DNA from: an uncultured bacterium
GTDB taxonomy: Bacteria > Planctomycetota > UBA1135 > GCA-002686595
Length of the DNA stretch: 64,000 bases
Direction of reading: 5' to 3'
NCBI GenBank assembly: GCA_943787795.1
Contig: CALSNU010000002.1
Span: forward strand, 1 to 64,000
The notes under the pieces were generated by a model. The model did not search any database. It was given only the letters and a program-made list of their open reading frames with translations, and was not told where the DNA came from. Made by a program: the position numbers and the translations under genes. This document shows, one piece after another, positions 1-8,657 of this stretch. Every line of letters starts with the position of its first letter. Position 1 is the stretch's first letter.

Positions 1-2
1 CG

Positions 3-1088
3 GGCGCTGGCGGCGGCTTGGACTACTGCAACCCGACCAACTTCGACGCCCCGGCTCAGGACGTCCTGTTCATGAACGAAGGCGACGGGACCTTCAGCGA
101 CCGCTCGGAGGCCGCGGGGCTCTCGTCCGCCTTCGGGAACGGCTTCGGCGTCGTGGTGGACGACTTCGACGGCGACGGCTGGCAGGACGTCTACGTCGCG
201 AACGACGGCACCGCCAACCAGCTCTGGATCAACGGCCAGGACGGGACCTTCAAGGATCGATCCCTCCTCTCGGGGTGCGCGGTCAACATGAACGGGGCCG
301 TCGAGGCCGGCATGGGCGTCGCTGTCCTCGACCTGGAGAATGACGGAGATCCCGACCTGCTCATGACCCACCTGCGGTCAGAGAGCAACACGCTCTACGT
401 CAACCGCAGGGGCGTCTTCCGAGATCGCACGCTGAACGCCGGGTTGCATGCGGCGAGCCTCCAGTTCACGGGCTTTGGGCTCGGGATCGCGGACTTCGAC
501 CAGGACGGGAACCTCGACCTCTACGTCGGGAATGGGCGGGTCCAGCGCTGGACCATGACGTTCGACCCGGAGAAGCCCTACGCCGAGCCGAACCAGCTGT
601 TCCGCGGCCTGGGGGGAGCGAAGTTCGAGGAGGTCAAGCCCCAGGGCGGCGTTCGAGAGGCTTACATCGGCTCCACCCGCGGGTTGGCGCTCGGCGACCT
701 CGACGGCGACGGCGACATCGACATCGTCCTCTCGGAGAACGGCGATCGGGCGCGCGTCCTCCGGAACGTCGGCGCGGACGGCAAGTGGGTCGGCTTCCGC
801 GTGGTGACCCCCGAGGGACCGCCTCTTCAGGATGTGGTCGGGGCACGGATCCGCGTGGACTTCGGCGACGAGGTCCGCTGGCGGACGATCACGGGGGCCT
901 ACGGGTTCTGCTCCGCGAACCAGATCCACGCCCACGTCGGCCTGGGAGACGCGGCGACCATCGACGGGGTGACCGTCCACTGGCCCGACGGCGGCGAGCC
1001 CGAGGCCTTCGGACCCTTCACCGCCGGCGCCACCCATGTTCTGGTGCGAGGTCAGGGAGACGGACAGGTGCCCGGGGCCCAGAAGTGA
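3..1088 (+). CDS. CRTAC1/ASPIC-UnbV family protein with FG-GAP-like repeats (5' partial)
   Basis: Repeated DxDxDGxxD motifs (DFDGDGWQD, DLENDGDPD, DFDQDGNLD, DLDGDGDID) and C-terminal 'HVGLG...VTVHWPDG'; frame is open to the window edge. Confidence 0.85.
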   Translation, partial: GAGGGLDYCNPTNFDAPAQDVLFMNEGDGTFSDRSEAAGLSSAFGNGFGVVVDDFDGDGWQDVYVANDGTANQLWINGQDGTFKDRSLLSGCAVNMNGAVEAGMGVAVLDLENDGDPDLLMTHLRSESNTLYVNRRGVFRDRTLNAGLHAASLQFTGFGLGIADFDQDGNLDLYVGNGRVQRWTMTFDPEKPYAEPNQLFRGLGGAKFEEVKPQGGVREAYIGSTRGLALGDLDGDGDIDIVLSENGDRARVLRNVGADGKWVGFRVVTPEGPPLQDVVGARIRVDFGDEVRWRTITGAYGFCSANQIHAHVGLGDAATIDGVTVHWPDGGEPEAFGPFTAGATHVLVRGQGDGQVPGAQK

Positions 1089-1191
1089 CCCCGCGGGACA
1101 GCGTCGTCGCGCTGGCCCGCCCCACGCCTCCTGCGGCGCACGCACCCGCCCCTCCCCGGCGTCGCTCGTGGCAGCTGCTGGACCTTGCTCC

Positions 1192-2157
1192 TCAGCGCTT
1201 CGACGAGAGGAGCTGCGCGTGGCCGATCGCCCCGAGGAGGCCGACCCCGACGATGTAGAGCGCGTGGAAGGCGAGCCCGGTCGAGACCGCCTCACCCTCC
1301 GGGATCCCCATCGCGGCGAACCCCCATGCCCAGCCCATGTCGAGCATCCCGAAGCCCAGGAACCCGTTGATCGGGACGAGGCTCCCCAGGATCGCGAGGC
1401 TCGCGCCGAAGAGCAGGTCCGCCGCCGCGAGACCCTCGAGCCCGACGCCCACCCCGAGCGCCGCATAGACACCGAGGACGCAGGCCCAGACCGGCAGACT
1501 TAGCATGGCCGCCCCCAGGACGGATCGGCGCGGCAGGACTCGCAGCGCGTCCTCGACGCGAGCGAGGAACCCGCCCGCGCGCTCCCCCCAGCGCTGCGGC
1601 AGCGCCATGACCAGCAGCCCCCGTCCAAGGCGGACGAGGTGCTCGCCTCTCAGGATCACGACGCCCAGGATCGCCGAGCCCCCGAGGGCGAGCCATCCAA
1701 GCCCGCCCAGCCAGGGGAGCTCAGGGTGGTCCCCGGCGATCGCCATCGCGACGCAGGCCGCCCCGAGGACCAGGAGCAGCGTCGAGAGGTCGAGCAGCCT
1801 GGACATCACCAGGCCGACGAGCCCGTGCTCCGCTCGCACTCCGACCCGCGAGAGATGCAGCACGAGGCTCGCCTCTCCGACCTTGGCCGGCAGGATGTGG
1901 CTGTCGAGAATCCACGCGGCGGACGCCGCCGTGAGCCCCGGGATCGACACGTCGGCGCCGCCAGCTCCGAGCAGCAGGACGCGCAGCCGGATCGCGCGGA
2001 AGACGTAGATCAGCCCCTGGATCAGAAAGGCCAGGGCCACGAGCCGGAGGTCCGCCTCCGCGAGGGTCACCAGGACGTCCCCCGGGTCCACCCCACCCCA
2101 GGCGAAGAGCAGGGCGAGCGCGACGAGCGCGACCGTGAGGGAGAGGAGGACCTTCAC
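1192..2157 (-). CDS. Lysylphosphatidylglycerol-synthase TM / flippase-like (YbhN/AglD2-type) membrane protein
   Basis: Multi-TM; motifs 'RAIRLRVLL', 'LPAKVGE', 'RLLD', 'PINGFLGFG'. Confidence 0.75.
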   Translation of the reverse strand: MKVLLSLTVALVALALLFAWGGVDPGDVLVTLAEADLRLVALAFLIQGLIYVFRAIRLRVLLLGAGGADVSIPGLTAASAAWILDSHILPAKVGEASLVLHLSRVGVRAEHGLVGLVMSRLLDLSTLLLVLGAACVAMAIAGDHPELPWLGGLGWLALGGSAILGVVILRGEHLVRLGRGLLVMALPQRWGERAGGFLARVEDALRVLPRRSVLGAAMLSLPVWACVLGVYAALGVGVGLEGLAAADLLFGASLAILGSLVPINGFLGFGMLDMGWAWGFAAMGIPEGEAVSTGLAFHALYIVGVGLLGAIGHAQLLSSKR

Positions 2158-2166
2158 CCGCGCCGC

Positions 2167-4359
2167 TCAGTCGATGGAGACGTGGGTGCCGCCGCTGTCC
2201 TCGGCGAGCCACTCCAGCACCTGGAGGTCGGCGCCAAACGCGATGGTGTTGATCACCACGTTGCGGGTCGCGTTGCGCTCCGCGATGGCCTCGCGGATCA
2301 GCTGCGGGTCGATGATGTCCCCCACCGACGGCTCGCCGTCCGAGAGGATGAAGATCGTGTCCACGTCCGGGTCATCGAACGCGAACTCCAGGCTCCCGTA
2401 GAGGTTCGTCCCCCCCGCCGCTCCCAGGCGGTCGATGTAGACCAGCGCGTCCTCCCGTGAGTAGTCGTCGGCGCCGACGACCCCCTCCTCGAGCCAGCTG
2501 TCCACGCCGCCCGAGAATGGCGCGATGTTGAAGAGCGCGCCGGCGTCCAGGGATTGGACCGCCTGGGCGAGCTCCTCCTTCGCGACGTCGATCCTCGGGC
2601 GACCCAGTTCACCGACGTACTCGGCCCGCATGGGCTCGTTCATGGAGCCAGAGACGTCGAGGATGAAGAGGACGCGGTGGGATTCGATCCGGACGCCGAA
2701 GAAGGCCGCGCTCGAGATCTGGCGCAGCTTGCGCTCCTCGCTCGCCTCGACGATGGCCTCCAGCTTGGCCTCGGGCACGATCTCGATCTCGTCGGCAGGC
2801 GTGGAAGCGAGCCAGCGCTCCCAGGAGCTGGCGCGCGCGCCAAAGGCCTGCCCCGTGAGCCGGAAGAGGGTGTCCCCGAACTCGATCCCCATGCGCCCCT
2901 GCTCAGCGGACATCCGGGCGATGATCGGCGCGAGCACCTCGGGGTCACGCCGCGACTCCAGGGCGCGGAGCGCGATCAGGCGGGTGGACCAGTTCTCGTC
3001 GGAGAGCTTCTCGATGTAGAGCTCGTCCATGTTCCGACGGCCCAGCCGGGCGATCTCGGCCAGCGCGGCGTTCCGGATGTCCAGGTCCTCCGCGTCGGTG
3101 AGCCCCTTCAGTCGGACGACCCACTCGTTCTCCCCGTCGTAGAGCGCGGAGAGGCCCCGGAGCGCGGCCGCGCGGACCCCGTCGAGCTTGGTCTTCTCGA
3201 AGAGCTTCTCGAGGTCCTCGATGGACTCACGGTCGCGGCGGGCGATGAGCGCGTCCACCGTCGCGACCACGACCTCCTCCTGCTTGTCGCGGAGGCCCTT
3301 GCGGATCCGCTTCAGCAGCTTGGGGTCCTTGACGTTGATCGTCGAGTGGAGCGCGAAGACCTTCTGCTGGGTCTTCCCCTTGCCGATCAGCTTGACGAGC
3401 TTCTTCTCGACGGCCTCGTCGTTCATCTCCGCGAGCAGCGCTGCGAGGTGGTTCCGAAGGGACTGCGGCGTCGGCGCCTTGAGCGCCACGTCGATGAACT
3501 CGGCGGCAACGTCCGCGCCCTGCTCGTCGAGCAGGATGTCCGCCGCGATCTCACGATCGAGGGGCGGGAAGTCGGGGCGGCCAAAGATCGTCTCGGCGTA
3601 GTCGAGCGCGGACTTGTCCCGGCGGCGCGCCAGCTCCGAGAGGGCCGCTCGTCGAACGCCTCCGCTCCGGTCGCGCTCGACCGCGACCTGCAGGTCCTCG
3701 ACCGAGAGGGACTCGATGATCGCCCCCATGGCCGTCGCGCGCAGCCGCGCGGTGGGCCAGATGATCTGCTTCTTCTCCTCGGTCTCCTCCTCCTCACCCC
3801 GGCGGCGGCGCCCCTTGCGCTTCTTGGAGTCCGCGCCTCGCAGCTCCTCCTGGACGCTGCCGAGGGAGCGCTCGTAGATCTTCCGGTACCACCCGTCGCT
3901 GGAGTCCCCGCTCAGGCGGACGTGCAGCTCCATGGCGCGCTCTCGGATGCTGTCGTCGGCGTTCGACTCGACGATGATCGCCAGGAAGTTGGGCCCGTTC
4001 TGGACGCAGAGACCGAGGCTCTCCAGGGCGGCCGTGCGGACCTCGAGGGACGGCTCCTCCACCGCGACCTGCATGAGCTTCTCCAGGGCCGGCTGGAAGG
4101 ACTCCTCGTGGTCGTCGAATCGCTTGAGTTCGATGACGACCTCTCGCCGGCGAAAGGCGCTCGCGAATCGGTCGTAGGCCGCCAGCAGCGCCTCCATGGA
4201 CTCGCGGGTCTCGAACTCCGCGAGCTGGCGAATCTCCCCGTCCTCGATGCCGTCGCGCTCCGCGACGACCCTGTCTCGAACCTCCTCAAAGGACTGCGAC
4301 GAGGCGAGAGGCGCGAGGGCGGCGAGGCCGAGGACGACGACGGCGGTGATGGTTCTCAT
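2167..4359 (-). CDS. Secreted HEAT-repeat protein with C-terminal VWA domain
   Basis: Signal peptide; 'VRxAALxxL' HEAT-like repeats; MIDAS elements DVSGS, GGTN, LSDGEP. Confidence 0.8.
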   Translation of the reverse strand: MRTITAVVVLGLAALAPLASSQSFEEVRDRVVAERDGIEDGEIRQLAEFETRESMEALLAAYDRFASAFRRREVVIELKRFDDHEESFQPALEKLMQVAVEEPSLEVRTAALESLGLCVQNGPNFLAIIVESNADDSIRERAMELHVRLSGDSSDGWYRKIYERSLGSVQEELRGADSKKRKGRRRRGEEEETEEKKQIIWPTARLRATAMGAIIESLSVEDLQVAVERDRSGGVRRAALSELARRRDKSALDYAETIFGRPDFPPLDREIAADILLDEQGADVAAEFIDVALKAPTPQSLRNHLAALLAEMNDEAVEKKLVKLIGKGKTQQKVFALHSTINVKDPKLLKRIRKGLRDKQEEVVVATVDALIARRDRESIEDLEKLFEKTKLDGVRAAALRGLSALYDGENEWVVRLKGLTDAEDLDIRNAALAEIARLGRRNMDELYIEKLSDENWSTRLIALRALESRRDPEVLAPIIARMSAEQGRMGIEFGDTLFRLTGQAFGARASSWERWLASTPADEIEIVPEAKLEAIVEASEERKLRQISSAAFFGVRIESHRVLFILDVSGSMNEPMRAEYVGELGRPRIDVAKEELAQAVQSLDAGALFNIAPFSGGVDSWLEEGVVGADDYSREDALVYIDRLGAAGGTNLYGSLEFAFDDPDVDTIFILSDGEPSVGDIIDPQLIREAIAERNATRNVVINTIAFGADLQVLEWLAEDSGGTHVSID

Positions 4360-5279
4360 GAGCGCGGTGGGCCCCCGAGGCGGGACTTCTTGTCGATGAG
4401 GTCCGCCACGAGGCCAAGGGTGAGGGTCTGGACGAGCGCGACGAAGAGCAGGACCGTCTTGTCGCCGAGGTTGGGGGCGCTCTCCACGAGGATGAGGTCG
4501 TAGATGAGCGAGACCATGAAGAGCACAGCCACCAGGCCACCCAGGGGATAGAAGACCTTCAGCGGGTTGAAGTAGACGACCGTCCGGATGATCAGCGCGA
4601 GGAAGCCCAGGGTGTCCCGGATCGGGCGGATCTTCGAGCTGCCTGACCGCTGCGCGTAGTCAATCGAGACGTAGTCGACCCGGTGCCCGTTGGTCAGGGA
4701 CGCGAGGGTGATGGTGGTAGTGAAGCTGAACCCGTTGGGGAAGATCGACTCGTAGCGCAGACAGAGCTCGCGCCGGATCGCCCGCAGGCCGGAGTTCAGG
4801 TCCGGGATCGGCTCGCCCGCCAAGTACGCGGCGATGCCCCGCAAGATCCGCTTGGCGGGGCGGCGAATGAGGGGGATGTGGACGTCGGCGCCGGTGCGCG
4901 CTCCGACGGCCATCTCCGCGCCGTCGTCCACCCGGGCGAGGAGGTCCATGATCCGATCCTCGGGATAGGTCCCGTCGGCGTCGGTGATGACGATGATCGG
5001 GTGCGCCGCGGCGCGGATGCCCGTCTTGAGCGCCGCCCCGTAGCCGCGGTTCGCCCGGTGGTTCAGCACCGTCAGCGACTCGAAGGCCGGCTCGAGGCGC
5101 GCGAGGACCTCCGCGGTGCGGTCGCTGGACCCGTCGTTGACCACGAGGATCTCCGTTGGGCGGCCGAGATCGAGAGCCGTGAGGCGCTGGACCACGCCCT
5201 CGATCCCGTTCTCCTCGTCGTACGCGGGGACGACGATGGTGACGCCGTGTGGATTCTGGGTGGGTTCCGGCTGCGACAT
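4356..5279 (-). CDS. Glycosyltransferase family 2 (polyprenol-phosphate/Dpm1-GtrB-like) with two C-terminal TMs
   Basis: 'VVPAYDEE', 'VNDGSSD', 'NRGYGAA', 'TDADGTY', 'DLNSGLR', 'RSGSSK'. Confidence 0.9.
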   Translation of the reverse strand: MSQPEPTQNPHGVTIVVPAYDEENGIEGVVQRLTALDLGRPTEILVVNDGSSDRTAEVLARLEPAFESLTVLNHRANRGYGAALKTGIRAAAHPIIVITDADGTYPEDRIMDLLARVDDGAEMAVGARTGADVHIPLIRRPAKRILRGIAAYLAGEPIPDLNSGLRAIRRELCLRYESIFPNGFSFTTTITLASLTNGHRVDYVSIDYAQRSGSSKIRPIRDTLGFLALIIRTVVYFNPLKVFYPLGGLVAVLFMVSLIYDLILVESAPNLGDKTVLLFVALVQTLTLGLVADLIDKKSRLGGPPRS

Positions 5280-5341
5280 GGGATCACGCCAAGGCTAACG
5301 GGCCTACGCCCCCCGAGCCCAACGGCAACGGCGATTCGACG

Positions 5342-6496
5342 TCAGCTCTGGTCGAAGAGCGGGTCGCGCGTGGGCGCCAGCCGCTCGGCCACCTTGCGCG
5401 CCATGCCCGTCAGGGCGAGCTCCGCCGCCTCGGCGGGTGCGAACCAGGCCGCTGGCTCGACCCCCTGGCCCGCGAGAGAGGCGGAGCGCACGCGGGCGCG
5501 GATCCGGTGGTGGGTGATCCCATGGGTGATGGCGATCAGGTCGTGCTCCGGCTCCACCTTGGATCCGAGCGCAGGGGCCAGCTCGTCGGGGAACAGGCCG
5601 GAGGAGGTGACCTCCACCGTCGGGAACTGCCACATCCCCCCCATCAATCCCCCATCTGGCCGCTGCTCCAGGAGCCAGCGGCCGCCCTGCTCGATCACAT
5701 AGACCTCGAGCTCCACCTCCGTGGACGCCCGGCGCGGCTTGGGTCGGGGGATGCCCACGGCGTTGCCGCGCGCCTTGGCCACGCAACTCCCCGCCAGGGG
5801 ACACCCCTCGCACTTCGGCGCGCGCGGGGTGCAGATCAGCGCGCCCAGCTCCATCAGCGCCTGGTTCCAGACGCTCGGACGGACCGCGCCCTCGAGCCGG
5901 TCGATGAAGAATGTCGCCGCCGCCCAGCAGGCTCGACCGAGCGGGCCCGACCCACGAACGCCCTCCATGCCGAAGAGGCGCGCGAAGACGCGCTCGACGT
6001 TCCCATCCACCAGCGCCGCCGGCTCGTCGTACGCGATGGAGACCACCGCCCCCGCCGTGTAGGGCCCGACCCCGGGGAGGTCCAACGCGGCGCCGAGTTC
6101 CCTCGGGAAGACGCCGCCGTGCCGGTCCGCGATCACCCGGGCCGCCGCCTGCAGCGACCGCGCCCGGCGGTAGTACCCGAGCCCTGACCAGGCCTCGAGG
6201 ACGGCCTCCTCATCAGCGGAGGCCAGCGCCGTCGCGGTGGGGAACCGCTCGAGGAAGCGCGGCCAGTACTCTCTGACGGTGTCCACGCGCGTCTGCTGCA
6301 GCATCGCCTCGCTGACCCAGATCGCGTAGGGGTCGGACGTGCGCCTCCAGGGGAGGTCTCGCTGATTGGAGGCGTACCAGAGGGCGAGCTCCCGGCGGAT
6401 CGACCGCGCGGCGGCTTCCGACGGCGGCTCGAAGCGGACCGCTCCCGGCCCGGCGGCGTCACCCTCATCCGGTCCCTGCTCTTCCATCGACGACAC
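5342..6496 (-). CDS. mutY: A/G-specific adenine DNA glycosylase
   Basis: 'RDLPWR', 'SEAMLQQT', 'WSGLGYY', HhH 'LPGVGPYTA', 'VDGNV', 4Fe-4S motif CTPRAPKCEGCPLAGSC, NUDIX-like C-terminus. Confidence 0.95.
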   Translation of the reverse strand: MSSMEEQGPDEGDAAGPGAVRFEPPSEAAARSIRRELALWYASNQRDLPWRRTSDPYAIWVSEAMLQQTRVDTVREYWPRFLERFPTATALASADEEAVLEAWSGLGYYRRARSLQAAARVIADRHGGVFPRELGAALDLPGVGPYTAGAVVSIAYDEPAALVDGNVERVFARLFGMEGVRGSGPLGRACWAAATFFIDRLEGAVRPSVWNQALMELGALICTPRAPKCEGCPLAGSCVAKARGNAVGIPRPKPRRASTEVELEVYVIEQGGRWLLEQRPDGGLMGGMWQFPTVEVTSSGLFPDELAPALGSKVEPEHDLIAITHGITHHRIRARVRSASLAGQGVEPAAWFAPAEAAELALTGMARKVAERLAPTRDPLFDQS

Positions 6497-6501
6497 GGAC
6501 G

Positions 6502-7761
6502 TCAGAATAGCACCCGAGTGCGCAGAGTTCCCTCGAGCTGACGCAGCTCGGCCATGAGGCTCTGCGCCGCCGCCCGCTCCGCGGCCACGTCCGTCACGAC
6601 GTAGCCCACGTCATCCAGCGTCTGCAGGTACTGGGCGTCGATGTTCGCCGCGCTCCGGCCGATGACCTCGGTGATCGCGCTCATGATCCCGGGGCGGTTC
6701 TCGTGCACGTGGAGCAGCCGCGCGTCACCCGTATGGGGCGGCAGAGAGACCTCCGGGAAGTCGACCGCCGAGAGGGTCGACCCGTCGTCGCTGTAGCGCA
6801 GGAGCTTCTCGGTGACCTCGCGGCCGATCCCCGCCTGGGCCTCCTCCGTGCTCCCGCCGATGTGGGGCGTGAGGAGCACATTATCGAGCCCCGCCAGGGG
6901 GGACTCGAACCGCTCGCCAGCGGACTTCGGCTCGGTGGGAAAGACATCGACCGCCGCCCCCGCGACCCGTCCGCGCTCGAGCTCGCCCCGCAGGGCATCG
7001 AGGTCCACCACCTGTCCCCGGGAGGCGTTGATGAGCACCGCGCCGTCCCTCATCGAGCCCAGCTCCTCCGCGCCCATGAGATTGCGGGTTGAGGGCAGCT
7101 CAGGCACGTGCAGGGTGACCACGTCAGAGCGGCGGAGGAGGTCATCGAGGCTGCCCGCGCTCTCCGCGTTCCCGAGCGTGAGCCTCGACACCACATCGTG
7201 GTAGATGACCCGCATGCCGAGCATCTCCGCGAGCACGCCGACCTGGCTCCCGATGTGCCCGTACCCCACGACGCCGAGGGTCTTGCCCCGTGCCTCGTGG
7301 CTGCCCACCGCTGACTTCAGCCACTCGCCCCGGTGGCACGACATGTTCTTCTGAGGGACGCCCCGCAAGAGCATGATCGCCTCGGCGATGACGAGCTCCG
7401 CGACGCTGCGCGTATTGGAGTACGGGGCGTTGAAGACCGGCACCCCGCGGCGGCGCGCGAAGGCCGCGTCGACCTGGTTGGTCCCGATGCAGTAGCAGCC
7501 GACAGCCACCAGCTTGCGGGCGCCCTCAAGCGCGGACTCGTCCAGCTGGGTGCGGGACCGGATGCCGACGAAGTGAGTGTCCTCCAGCGCGCGCCGCAGC
7601 TCGTCTCCCGCGAGCGCGCTGCCGACCTCCTCGATCCGCGAGTAGCCCGCGCGGCGGAAGGCGTCCGCGGCGGTCGGGCTGATCCCCTCGAGGAGCAGGA
7701 CCCTGATCTCGGACCTGGGAAAGGAGGTCTCTCCGGGCGTCATCGTCGAGGCGTCAGTCAT
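6502..7761 (-). CDS. serA: D-3-phosphoglycerate dehydrogenase with C-terminal ACT domain
   Basis: 'GIRSRTQ', 'GCYCIGTNQVD', 'NAPYSNTRSVAE', 'GYGHIG', 'LTPHIGGST'; start trimmed to ATG 7761 (7743 also possible). Confidence 0.95.
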   Translation of the reverse strand: MTDASTMTPGETSFPRSEIRVLLLEGISPTAADAFRRAGYSRIEEVGSALAGDELRRALEDTHFVGIRSRTQLDESALEGARKLVAVGCYCIGTNQVDAAFARRRGVPVFNAPYSNTRSVAELVIAEAIMLLRGVPQKNMSCHRGEWLKSAVGSHEARGKTLGVVGYGHIGSQVGVLAEMLGMRVIYHDVVSRLTLGNAESAGSLDDLLRRSDVVTLHVPELPSTRNLMGAEELGSMRDGAVLINASRGQVVDLDALRGELERGRVAGAAVDVFPTEPKSAGERFESPLAGLDNVLLTPHIGGSTEEAQAGIGREVTEKLLRYSDDGSTLSAVDFPEVSLPPHTGDARLLHVHENRPGIMSAITEVIGRSAANIDAQYLQTLDDVGYVVTDVAAERAAAQSLMAELRQLEGTLRTRVLF

Positions 7762-8091
7762 CGCGAGGAGAGAATGCCTGGCACGAGCGGCCATGTCCCG
7801 GGTGGATAGGGCGAATCGGCCATGGCTCGGCGCCGGAGGCCGAACGACCCTCGACGAATGAAACGAGCGGGTCGCCGTGGGCCCATGGGTCGCCAGGTCG
7901 CCACCGCCCTTGGGATCGGGATCAGCGGGCTGGTCGCCGCGGCGCTCGCGGCCCTGCCCCCTCCGGTCGCCCGCTGCCTCCTCCGCGAGCACCGGGACGA
8001 CCCGGGGCTGTTCGGACTCGCACAGGGAATGCGCGGAATGACCACGCCCGCCCTGATCCCGCCCGCGCCCATGGGCGATGATCAGGGCGTG

Positions 8092-8640
8092 ATGCACCTC
8101 CTTCGATCCGCCGTAGTCCTGGTCCTCTGCGGGCTCAGCGCGGCCTCCGCGCAGCCGCGTGGGGATGCGCTGGCCGGCCTGCTGGCCCGAAGAGGCGGCG
8201 GCGTGGGCGATGGGATCTCCAGCCGCGAAGTGCGGGCGTTCGAGCTCCCGGCTGGGTCCAGCCTCGACTTCACCGCCGTGGCCGTGAAGGGCACGGACCT
8301 TGCGAAGGGTGCCCGGGAGACCATCGAGGTGACCATCTCAGCCGGATTGATCGACCAGACGCGAGGCGTCCACCGCTCCACGGCCCCGCTGCCCAACGCA
8401 ACGCTGGGCGGGCGCCGCATGCTCAGGTCCCGCGGCCACATGGACGAGGTCGCCGAGAGCCTCAGCGGAGACGCCCTCGTCGACGGACGCGGCGGGCTCT
8501 TCACCTGGTGCGAGGGCCGACGAGGCGAGACCATCGTGCAAGGGGGAGGGCGCGGGAGCGCGATCGAGCGTAATGTGCGTCTCCCAGACCTCCGCGACGG
8601 CCTCCGTCGCCAGCGAACCCAACCTCGGCAGCGACGCTGA
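8092..8640 (+). CDS. Hypothetical secreted protein
   Basis: Signal-peptide-like N-terminus MHLLRSAVVLVLCGLSAASAQ; fills the gap before the next gene; start uncertain. Confidence 0.45.
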   Translation: MHLLRSAVVLVLCGLSAASAQPRGDALAGLLARRGGGVGDGISSREVRAFELPAGSSLDFTAVAVKGTDLAKGARETIEVTISAGLIDQTRGVHRSTAPLPNATLGGRRMLRSRGHMDEVAESLSGDALVDGRGGLFTWCEGRRGETIVQGGGRGSAIERNVRLPDLRDGLRRQRTQPRQRR

Positions 8641-8657
8641 GCGAAGAGAGCCCCCCC

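Noticed and set aside
7762..8097. Long N-terminal extensions in the ORF track (serA here; also argG, argF, ilvE, cytochrome c, sulfatase)
   Set aside because: Extensions are low-complexity or overlap neighbours; motif positions and stop/start overlaps indicate shorter starts
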